The notes under the pieces: generated by a model
Told to the model about the DNA's origin: nothing
Database searches by the model: none
Seen by the model: the letters and a program-made list of their open reading frames with translations, nothing else
Position numbers and translations under genes: made by a program
Shown: in pieces, positions 53,741 through 64,000 of the stretch
Numbering within the stretch: the stretch's first letter is position 1
How the letters are laid out: the number at the start of each line of letters is the position of its first letter
Source of the DNA: Oikopleura dioica
Lineage: Eukaryota > Animalia > Chordata
Length of the DNA stretch: 64,000 nt
Direction of reading: 5' to 3'
NCBI GenBank assembly: GCA_907165135.1
Contig: OU015567.1
Span: forward strand, 4,402,001 to 4,466,000

Positions 53741-55694
53741 AAGAGGAACAAGACTCATCAGGTTCCCGTTCTTCTGCATATTGGTACGGATTCCTGTCTT
53801 CTTCTCAAAAGACAGGCTCCTTAGACTCAAAATATACTCCTCACAGTTACGTTTTATTCTGAATATAATCCTGTAATTTTTCTCCGAAGATGAAGAACAA
53901 TTTATCGATTTTGACGAATAGGTTAAAATCGATATCAGTACACTGTTCAAACATGCCCATTTGCACTTACTATTTTGTCTTTCTGATTGTCGTTCTCTTC
54001 TGTGCTTCGTTCTTTGTGTTCTCAAATGGCTGAATTTCGTTTTTGTTCACATTGATTTTCGTCGATTTCGGTGCGTATCGATTTGAAACAGCGAGTCAAG
54101 TGCGATTCAAATTCAAGTCTGAAAAACAAACTCGGTTTTTAAAGAAATTATTTTTTCTCTTTATCAAAAAATTAAGGATATACACCCCCTTAAAGATCTT
54201 ACTTTTACTGATAAGGATGTCACTTCATAAAAATAAATACAGTCCGATAGTTCCTTTTTTGGGCGTTACTTTTTTGTGGGTTTTCTCGGATCAACTCTGA
54301 GTGGCGTTGGTTACTGTTCTCTAGTTTGTGGTTTCTCTATTGGCCAACATAATGCTTCCGCAAGTACAAAAAGGGACCCTTCCTGCAACACCATTTAATA
54401 TACAAACATTCCAGCGAGCCTTGCGGGCAAAAGAAATCGCTTTTCGATACTCGACTAAGTCTCATCGACAAATGGGTGGAATATCTTCCATTTTCATCCA
54501 ATAAACTGTCAGATATTCCGAACAGTCGGTCTCGGCTATTCCGAAAATGAGAAATGGAAAAACGTCGATATTGAAAGTCAACATCATTGACCATCGTATG
54601 TCAAAAGCGGAAATGTCAAATGATTACAAGTTGAAAGCTTGATTGTTTTTTTCTTATAATTTCGTAAATTATCATTATCATAATTCTCTTTTGACAAATT
54701 TTGACTCCTGGTATGCTTTTTCTAAAATCTTGAAGCAATAAAAAGGAAAAAGAAACGGAAAAAATGAAATATTTTGAATAAAAATGAATATTTTTCTCTT
54801 CAAAAATAAATTATTGATTGAATGAAAGTACTGAATAATAACATTATATAGTAATTACATAATAAAAAGATGATATCCCTGTTAATATTTCCGTTCTAGC
54901 AACAAAATACGAAGTCCTTTTATCAAAATAGAGTTGTCTCTTGAAAAATATACCGATATGATCAGACATTCTAATGAAGAAAGGGTCAATAGTTAGCCAA
55001 TCACAATTTTCGACGCTCATAGTGGTGGCGTAATCCCGCATTTGAGTGAAGTTTTATCGGTATTTCGCGGGCTAGGGTTTTCTTCAGATTCGGAACTTTC
55101 AAATGAAATCGCCATAAAAAAAATTTTTTCGAAAAATTCGATTTCAAGATTTTTACAATGGTGACATTAATAACCGAAAAATTCGAAGATAGAGCGAAAA
55201 ATTGAACTTTAACCCCTTTCACACTTTTTAGGCTTGAACTTTAGACCACCCTCTTATAAATGAAAATTATGGCAGAAGAAATTCAGGGGTTTCGCTTTGA
55301 AAACTGCTCTTTTGATGAATTCGCTTCTCTGAAGGAGTCTCTTTTTCCGATGTTAATTTTTGCTCGGCGTCGGGTGCCGTCCCAATTTGGCGCAGCTCAA
55401 TACAACGCCCACGCAAGCCAACAGAGAGCGCTGAACGACCTCAGTCGCCAGCTCAGTCCAACTTGGGAGCCAAACTCAGCATTCCAAAAGTTCAATGAGC
55501 ATTTTCCCTTCACAAGTGTTGGGAAAAACTGTGAGTGGCATTCTCTTTCGAGTTTGGGAAGACGAAATTTATCATTTGTAAATTCCTTTTTCCCGTCAAA
55601 ATTTGATAGTTATGTCACTTACAGTTTTATTAGAGTGGTGACTCAAACTGACACGGCTGTTTTGGAGGTGCCAGTTTGAAGCATCACAGCACAT

Positions 55695-55810
55695 CTGGCC
55701 TCGGCAACCTGTGTAGAAAACTTGAGTCAGGGTCTAAAGCATGTAAAGTAAAAAGGCGCTACATCCTTCAGACACTGACTGAGGTTTTCAACACAGATTG
55801 CCGAGGCCAG
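55695..55810. mobile_element. CTGGG-family MITE variant (CTGGCC...GGCCAG)
   Basis: Same substitution in both TIRs; degenerate TSD CAGCACAT/CTGTACAT. Confidence 0.85.
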
Positions 55811-56749
55811 CTGTACATTAAAACCTCAATTTATCAGATTTTCTTTCCCGAAGCTAGAAAATCTGATAAAATGGTTACCTTCTATTTTATTCGCCTCCCG
55901 AAAAGGGGGTCTTGACATAATTTTAATTATTCAGCATCACTCGCTGGCTCACTCTATGAATTAATTTCAGCTTGTCGACAGTCTGTGAGACTCGCTGTGT
56001 CAGTCCAAAAAAATCTGGGCCAAATCTGAAATCTCTGCCATCTTTGAATCCGCTTCTGATTTTCTTCACCCTCGAGAAACTAATGATTTAACAATGTAAA
56101 AAATACAGAATCTCTTCAATAATTTGCACTACTATTTTTGAGGCCGCCCTCAACTTCCTTTTAACGAACTAAGAACTAACAAAAGATGAATAATATCAAT
56201 ATAATGACAGTTTTCAGCCTAGAATGATAAGGGTGTCACTTTGCTTTTTGATCAAGATTCAAGAAAATTATTAAAAGTCTTCAAACTTGACAAAAGAACA
56301 AGACTAAAAATTTGATAATTTTCTGGAATATTGATCAAATATCAAAGTGACACCCTTATTATATCTTCCTCGACGCTCTTTTTTTATCGCCGATTTCAAG
56401 TTACAAATCTCTGGAATACCAAATACGCGTCGCTATTTTCCGATCTAATTTTAACTCTCTTAATTCGCCCAGAAAGTTTTTGGAGGTCTAGAATATCTGA
56501 CAAATTTATCCAGCGTCTATTTTTCTCGCTGAAGTCAATTTAGATGTTCCATTGGAAAAAAATCGATGCAAAGGAGGAGTGAGACCCGTTCAGCTTTCAA
56601 CTCATTCTCATTCGGCGCTTTTTTCTTTATTCCGATGCTTTGTCCGGTCGATATTTCCAAGCTGCTTTCGCCTGAAGCTGATTTTCTAGTTGAGCGACTT
56701 GTGCTTTATCTCCGACTGCTACCTGCGTTCGAACCTTGTCTTTCTTATC

Positions 56750-58375
56750 AATGAAAAAATTGCTCGGATCCGCCAGGCTGCATCGACGATTTTCAATCAA
56801 GAAGGTGAATCACGTGTCTTCTGATCCCCCCATTCAAAGATTCTCAAATCCTTTTGGCATCAAAGAAATGGGAAAGAAAGCTGAAACAAAATCTAAATAT
56901 TTGCCCCTCCCAAAATTTCAAATTTGTGTTTGTTGCGGTAACATGCTCAAGAGGACAGTAAATTCACAAGAGAAGAGATTCAAGATTCAACTTTGAATGA
57001 GATTTTTACCGTTTTTGGGCTTTTTCGAGCTCTCTCGAGCTTGCTGGCCGATTGATTTGAACGGAGATACTCACATTGGAGAGCGTAAGTTTCATTTTTC
57101 TAGCGCTAGAATCTCCCAACGCGCGAAAAAGGTGGTGCCGATAAAAGGCGAATTCTGGCGATAAGGGTCACGGAAAACGCCTCAGGCTTCATTAACGATT
57201 CAAGAGCCATGATAACTTGATATTACGCGTAAAAACACTGCCGATATCAGGAGGTTGAAAAAAGATTTCAAATTCTTTAAATTCAATAACGCGGTCGCGT
57301 CAGACTTTCAGCGTTAAAATTTGATTGAATGATCTTCAAACTTTATGCAAAACAGGAAATGTCGGAGATCCGGGCCCGTTTTGTTGCCTAGAGCGGTGTT
57401 TTCAATGGAAGGTTCTCTTCAATGTGGAAGCCTAGATTGAACTTGACGCCACAATTATCAAAATTTGTTTTTTGAAAAAAATGTTGTTTTTCAGTAAATT
57501 TCAATTTTAGATGGATGTTATGATGCGCCAGTTGTCATTCATGATCCTCATTCACCCGCGCCCAAGGATCTTTTAGGATCGAGCTTCAGAGGAGTACCTC
57601 CTCTTAGTTAGAATTCCAGCTAAAAAGCCCGCAAAAAGAATTTTGCTTCGTCAAATGCAAAGAAAAACATGATGAACTTGGACATTGGACTCATGCTTAC
57701 GTTGCTTTTATGCCTGAAAAAGGCCCGTTTCTCCCTTCTTTTACCTCGACCCCTCCCTTTACCTTTTAAAGAAACGCTCAAAAGACTGTCTCGTTGATTG
57801 TATTTGCATCAAAGAAGAATCTCAGCGAATTTGGGCTCTGACTCTCAGCATTTTCGGCGGAATCTGTGTTTGCGCAAAATTCTTGGTAAAAAAAAGCTTT
57901 AGCCTTTAAAAAAGTCTTGTAAAAAGTAGTCGTGTAAAAAAATCGTAAAATAAGACTTACCGCTAAGAGCAATTCATAACACGTCTTATAAAGCTGACAA
58001 TCAATCGTAAAATTAAGATTCTGTTCCCTACTGGAGGATTAAATTGATTGACATTTATAGATGTACTTTGGCTACAAAACCCAAAAAGCCCTGAAACCAC
58101 CTCCCCGCGAATCCTACGACGCTTACACCAATCCGTCCTTTGAAGCCGCCCTGCTGCGCGAAATAAAAATGGAGCAAGAAAGAAAAATCGCCGAGCGAAA
58201 TGAAGAAATTTCACAAATTTCCAAAAAACTTCTTGCCCGTCGCGTTTCTGTCTCGCAGCCTCCAGTATTTCCTATTTCGATTTCGAGAAAAATGGAGGCG
58301 TTGGACGAAGTTTCCGAGGAGGATTTTGAAGGTCTTTCTGAAAGTGAAGAAATTGCTGAGAAAACAAAATTTTGA
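56750..58375 (+). CDS. Probable WSC-like domain single-pass membrane protein; 5' exons uncertain
   Basis: Exons DGCYDAP...LLGSSF, EFCFVKCKEK...HAYVAF, DCLVDCICIKE followed by TM IWALTLSIFGGICV and a charged tail. Confidence 0.4.
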
Positions 58376-58555
58376 AAATAAACGCTTTGAAAAGTCAGAA
58401 AAACGCGGTTGTTTTTGGTCCAAAGAGGTTAATTTGCATGTTGCAATAGGCAATAGAACGCAAGTTGCAATTTTTGACTTCAAATCGCCCCCGGTTATCG
58501 CTGACGATCGGTACAAGCAAGTAACTTGAGTCAGTCAAATCCGCAGACACACAAA

Positions 58556-60225
58556 ATGAAGCTTTTCTCTTCTTTCGTTCTTTTCGCTGGTTTTTCCGCG
58601 GCTGATGAGAGTCTTTGCTCGGGAGGACAAGTTCGGGAAGAACGATGCTGCTCTCAAGAGACCTGTGATCCAAATGAACCAATATTAAGTGTTTCAAATG
58701 GACGTTTTTGAAATCGGGGTGTGGCAATAGTTTTTATTTTAGAGAAAGAACGGAAAATTTGAGCCGCCGGGAGCGCGGCTTTCTTGTCTTTATACTCGAA
58801 GCCGCAAGCGGCTTCTCGATTTTAAATTTGCTAAGTATTCAAAGTTTTTCAAGCTTTCTGCTTTCAACTGCTTCTGATGAAGTGCATAGTTGATAGTCAA
58901 AAGTGAAACACGAAAAAGTGGTGCCTCAGCGTTTTGCCCGGCGAGAGATGTCCGAGTGCATGCGTCTGTCCCGATGGAATGAAGTGGGATAGCACAGCAA
59001 GGCCACCCAGATGTCTTCATTCCTGTGCAATTCGAACTTGCGGAGACAATGAAGAGTTCAAAACTTGCGGAACTGCTTGCGAACCAACATGCCAAAACCC
59101 ATCGCCTGGGGTATGCATAGGGTCCACACGCAAAGAGGCCAATTTTCGGCTTTAGAGCCGAATATCTCGAAATTCGCGTTTTTCTCTAGATTTTACTATT
59201 ACGCGTTCCAGTTTTTTTTATCTTTTCTTGACCAGAATTTCAAGGGCTACATTTTTCATATTGGTGGTTTTTTCATAGAATCATGCGGTCACCGATTTTT
59301 TCTTTGCGTGTGGGCCCTAGGTATGCACCGAGCAGTGTGTCGAAGAATGCCAATGTCTCGAAGGATTCGTCAGAAACGACGAAGGAAATTGCGTGAGAGA
59401 ACGAGAATGCACCCCAACTTGTGGAGAAAATGAAGAGTTCAAGACTTGCGGGACTATGTGCGAGAAAACATGCTGGTCGCCGAATGAGAATAAAAAGTGT
59501 AACAAGAAGTGCAACGAGAATGTGTGCCAGTGCAAGGATGGCTTCTTGAGAGAGAAAGGCGGAGCTTGTGTTGAGGCTGGAAGTTGCAAGCCTCAGGCGA
59601 GATACAACTGCAAATTCGGAGACTTGGAGTTCATCGACCGCTACTCAACCAAGAAAGGACTTTCCCCACTTGCTCCGGGAAAGAGCCAGGTCTTTATCTG
59701 CAAGGACAAGAAAAACAACAGGAACAAGAAGATCAATCTTACTTGCGGCGAATCTGCGGATAATGTCGGAAAATTTGATCTCAAGAAGGATTTGAATCTG
59801 TACTTTGATCACTGTGGAAGTGGTTGCTCAATGGATGAGATTCAAGAGCTTCTTGGGGCGACTGCGGAAAGGTAAGTTTGAGAAACCATAATAAAATGAA
59901 AAATATTTTGGTTTTAAAATTTCCTCGAGGAATAGATTTTGAGTCACCCTTTAAATTTTCTCTGCTGAACTTTTTCAAAAGTTTCTTTTACTTGACTATC
60001 ATTCATATATCTAAAAGCAATTGCGACTCCTTCGAGCCAGGCGCCAAATGCAAGTTCTCCTGCATCTCCTCCTCGACTGGCAAAAGATTCTCATCGAAAA
60101 AGAGCTACAAATGCCTCTGCAAGGACGAAGACGGCAAACGAGTCTGCTCTTGGATCGGCAAGTTCAAGAAAGACACCTTCTTCGCTGCTCAAAACGGGGA
60201 GCCTTCCAAATTTTCTTGCGCGTAA
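58556..60225 (+). CDS. Secreted TIL (trypsin inhibitor-like Cys-rich) domain protein with Lys/Cys-rich C-terminal modules
   Basis: Signal peptide; CGDNEEFKTCGTACEPTCQNPSPGVCTEQCVEECQCLEGFVR and CGENEEFKTCGTMCEKTC...CQCKDGFLR. Confidence 0.88.
59118..59319. mobile_element. 202-bp hAT MITE forming an intron (introner-like)
   Basis: TIR TAGGG(T/C)CCACACGCAAAGA; exact 8-bp TSD GGTATGCA at 59110-59117 and 59320-59327. Confidence 0.93.
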
Positions 60226-60349
60226 AACAATAAACTCTTCCTTGATTTCAAAGAATAAACTTTTCTTCTCCTTCTATTACCCGTTTTTCATTAAAAGATT
60301 TAGCGGTTTATGAATGTCAGTAAACAGCTCTGATCAGTCTTAATCGAGC

Positions 60350-61624
60350 AAAATGGATTAAAATATCAGTCTGTCGATCGAAGCGGATTGGTTTCGATGA
60401 GCATTAGCTCCGTTTCTCCGATCATGGACACAAGAGAAGCCCATGTCCTTCAAGTTGATCAAAACGCTTGAATTAAAATATGAACTGATTTTTATTGCGG
60501 CTTTGGTGATTTCTCTCGTCGTTTTCAACGGATTTTGCTTATGGGTAAGTCTAAAACAAAGTCTCCGAAAATGACTTTTTTGAGTATAATCGCCACGAGG
60601 ACCGGCTAGAATGCATGGATAAATGTCTACCGAGACACTGCATTCCAAAGAAACATCCAGTGTACATCACATTTGCTGAAAAACGACAGAGAAACCACTT
60701 GAAAACTTCTGTTCTCGTGGCAATATAAATATTAAAAGGCCTCTTTTTGATAACAAAGAAAGGGAAAAAGAATTGAAAAATAGAAATTAAGGGTTTGACG
60801 ACTATCAAAGCCTTTATGTGTCTTTTTATTTACGAATTTGTTTTGGTACGTTTCCGAATCGTGACAGAGGAAATCCATCTCGGCACATTTTCTCCATAGT
60901 GACTGTCGAAGCTACTGTCAAATCGCTCAATTCGATGAAGCTCGAGAGTGTTTCTTGTTTTCTTAAGGCTCTCCACTTTCTTTGTTCCGTTGCTCGGTTC
61001 CTTCCGCTTATTCGAGTTATAATCATCCACTTTCGCTAATCCCACTTGCTGGTCGTGAATTTTTTGGTCAGCTTTTTCAAACTTTGGGAGGCGGGACTCG
61101 ATTGTAGGAAAAAATGAAGAAGGCTTTTCATTTTTCTGAAGAACTACAACTGGCTTGGGCTCGTTTTCGGGAAGATTTTTCGTCGAAGAAATCGGAGGAT
61201 TCGGAGGTCTATCGGAAAGAAGGATGAACAGTTGATTCTTGGCTGTTCCTGCTATACCTGAGCCATTTGACCGTAATTTGATCAGCAGTAAGACCCCTTG
61301 TTGGAGGACGAAATAAGATACGCTCTGAACATACTTTTTCACCATCGTCATTCGCTTGGTCTTTTTGAAAGGAAAATTCTGATGGTCTTTTCCTTCGGTT
61401 CTTTTCTGGTGCTAAGAATTTGTCTTTAGAAAAATAGAACCAAGCCTTAGTTTCGCTAGTTTATCGAGAAAAAGCCGATAAGTTGTCGGAACAAAATCGG
61501 CCATCTTTGCCACTTCCTCCTCGTTGATTTTCTCCCCCAACATTTTGTGTTTTCTTCTTGTTTCTCTCTTACTTGGGAATGGAGAAAGCATTCGATTAGC
61601 ATTAAATCTTTTATCGCTTCTCAA
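60350..61624 (-). CDS. Unidentified multi-exon gene (structure not resolved)
   Basis: Several minus-strand ORFs with protein-like composition (173-aa ORF 60830-61351); no family recognised. Confidence 0.3.
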
Positions 61625-62104
61625 ACATCCGTGTATCTTTTCCTGATCCGCGCAAAGTCAAAAATCGACGATTTGACTTTGGGAAGTGGATGTATTTGCG
61701 CGATTTCAATTCCGCTCCTGTCTCCGCTTTTCTTTCAATTTGTTGTAAATGAAAAAATCTGTGGCCACAGACATTCTATTCCGATTTTCTTCTCTCTCTC
61801 TCTCTCTCTCTTTTTTGACAGTTAGAAAAACAAATCTTCTAGTTCAGGAAGTTGCTTCAGGCTGGTTAATGTGGGAATGAATGAGGATTTTCGGATTTCG
61901 CTGTCTTGCTCAAGTGTTTGCAAAGAAGTTAAGGTAAAGGATTATCGGCCGGGCAGGTCTTGGATTTTCCTCTCAATTTGTTTGACCAGGACACAATGAA
62001 AAGCAAAACTTCAAAAAGAGCTCAGGGCTCCCGCCCCAGGGCCCTTTATACGTCAAGAATCTGGACATAAGTTTCTGCTGAAGTCACACTGCCTCATCTC
62101 TGTG

Positions 62105-62138
62105 CTGGGCAACCTGAGTCAGGATTTACTGAGCCCAG
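62105..62138. mobile_element. 34-bp internally deleted CTGGG-family remnant
   Basis: CTGGGCAACCTGAGTCAGGATTTACTGAGCCCAG keeps both termini. Confidence 0.55.
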
Positions 62139-63234
62139 CCAAACTGAATCAAATATGCATGCGGAAAGAAGGGCAAACGAAAAAAAATGATTTCTGAATT
62201 TTCGAAAGTTTATTCGAGGCATTTAGTAGTAGAAACATCTGACGGAAAAATACGCTTCTTATATACAGTTAATTATGGAATTTTTGGACATTTTTTGTCC
62301 CATGATTTTCTCAAAAATGTCCAAAAATTCGATACACGCTCCCAAGAAAAATGTCCCAGCCGAATCGCTTAAAAAATTTTTTTTTGAGGAAAAACTCGAT
62401 CATCCTCTTTTTCCTCCTTCTTCCAAAGACAAAAATATTCTTGGGGAACGAGATAGACCTTTAATTCTATCTTTCTGAAAGAGAAAGTAAAATTTTAAAT
62501 AAAAATAAATGTCAAATCTTATGATATAACTGTTTTTTCATTGTAGAATAAAAATTTTGGCGCAGAAAATGTCCAAAAATTTGATACAAGCACTTTTAAA
62601 AAGTGTCCCAAAAAAACCCCTTAAAATTGAAAAAATGTCCAAAAATTTGATGTCCAAAAATTCCATAATAAACTGTATATTTTTTTGGAGAACAGAGGAT
62701 GAGAAGAATAGAGGAGGAAAAATATCTTTGAGATTTGTTTTATCTTGTTTTTTTTTTGGTTGAGAGAGAGCAAGAAGAGATTTAGAACAATGAACGGGTA
62801 GGATGAGTGTTGTATTTACTTGAGTCGGTGTTAGTTATAATTGGTTACGAACAAAGTGGGATGAACAAAAATTTGCTGGGTTGAAAATGAAAATGGTATT
62901 GGTTGGGGCTCAAAAGAGCGCGGAATTGAGCTTTCAAAGCAGCAGCAGAATCATCATTTGCTGCGACTGTTGCGCTTTTTTTAACTTAGCGTTGGATTTA
63001 GTATGTAAGTGATCCTGAGATTGGCTATTATCAAAATTAAAGAGAAAGAGAGAGAGGCAGACACGTTTTCATATCTGATGTGTATGTATTTTCAAGAAGA
63101 GTTACTATTATACAAGAGTGAATTTAAAAATAACTTTTTGCTTGGACGATCAAAGCACAAAATTGGGGAACACCTTTTATTTTGAGTTGAGCTTCAAAAG
63201 GAGCAAAATATCTCGAGGGAGCTACCTATCGGGT

Positions 63235-63663
63235 AGTTTTACTTGCTGGGTTGGGTACATTCTTTGTTGGGTTTATTGGGCTCTGTGGAGATTTTTAGTG
63301 GGGTTTGATGACTTTTGATTGGCTCGAAGAAGAAATAATCGCCTCTTATTGGGTGAAAATCCCACAGAGCCCTAAACCCTACAAAAATATGTACCCAACT
63401 CAGGTAGAATTGTGAAAAGTATATTTGATTTTTTGTTTAAGGAACACATGGAGTTTTTTCATTTTTTTTGGGTTCCAGCGTGGGCCCGTCCTAGACGCCA
63501 AACTTTATGATTTTAGCCCCTTGTACCAGCGACCGAGGGCGTGAAAAAATCCAAGACGCCCTCGGGCGAGTAGAAGACTTCTATCAATTTAAGCCTGTCG
63601 TGAGACTGATCTTCAGCGGAAATTTCTGAAGGGGGTACAGCCTTCTTTCAGGACGGCGCTGGA
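63235..63663. repeat. Two decayed inverted-repeat elements (~63235-63412 and ~63472-63663)
   Basis: GGGTACAT...GGGCTCTGTGG versus CCACAGAGCCC...ATGTACCC; TTCCAGCG..CCGTCCT versus AGGACGGCGCTGGAA. Confidence 0.45.
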
Positions 63664-64000
63664 ATTTTTCAAGTCGAAGATTTTTGCAATAGAAGAAAAA
63701 AAACTTGGCTTCCAGAAATAAAAAAGCCGTGGAAAAAGTAGAAAAAACGGTATAAAAACTTGCGAGGGGGAGAAAAAAGAGGAGTAGTACAAATAGATAA
63801 CAAAAAATAACGGCTTCCCGCTAATCTAAGGCGAAATCGCTTTCCTCTTAGATGAAGCGAAGGGGGTAGGTTTTTAGGTACAGCTTGTGACTTGGATTTG
63901 GATTTTTGTCTTCTTTGAAAGGGGGTGAAACTTGATGGAACGAACCAAAAGAGGGGGATGATCCAGTCAGAAGAGAACGGGATGCTACTCAGCAACGAAC

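Noticed and set aside
54340-55680. Possible plus-strand gene with distant exons
   Set aside because: Exon phases could not be reconciled and no domain was recognised.
62270-62670. Repeated AAAATGTCCAAAAA / TTTTTGGACATTTT motifs
   Set aside because: Low-complexity decayed repeat with no definable ends.

Overview
Gene-dense, AT-rich eukaryotic DNA with very short introns (about 33-60 nt), several non-canonical G(A/C/G)-AG introns and a chordate-type gene set. This best fits a larvacean tunicate such as Oikopleura dioica (inference, not proven). Recognisable genes: K2P potassium channel, carboxypeptidase B-like M14A peptidase, GPI-anchored Ly6/uPAR-like protein, CDK5 activator (p35-like), HEATR5, an FN3 gene interrupted by a hAT element, renalase, a TspanC8 tetraspanin, SLC43-like MFS transporters, a MARVEL protein, PHYHD1, an NR1-type nuclear receptor, a probable WSC protein and a TIL-domain protein, plus several small secreted orphans. 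About 35.3-49.7 kb is a ~7 kb tandem duplication with a patchwork junction. The most striking signal is intron creation by transposons. A 202-bp hAT MITE plus its 8-bp TSD is exactly a GT-AG intron inside a TIL domain (59111-59320). A second MITE family (CTGGG...CCCAG, 7 copies) ends in CAG on both strands, and one copy sits in a coding exon where it can splice out in frame. Also notable: equal-length mutually exclusive exons in PHYHD1 and two identical tRNA-like elements in duplicated introns. Gene models were assembled by eye, so exon boundaries and some termini are approximate.
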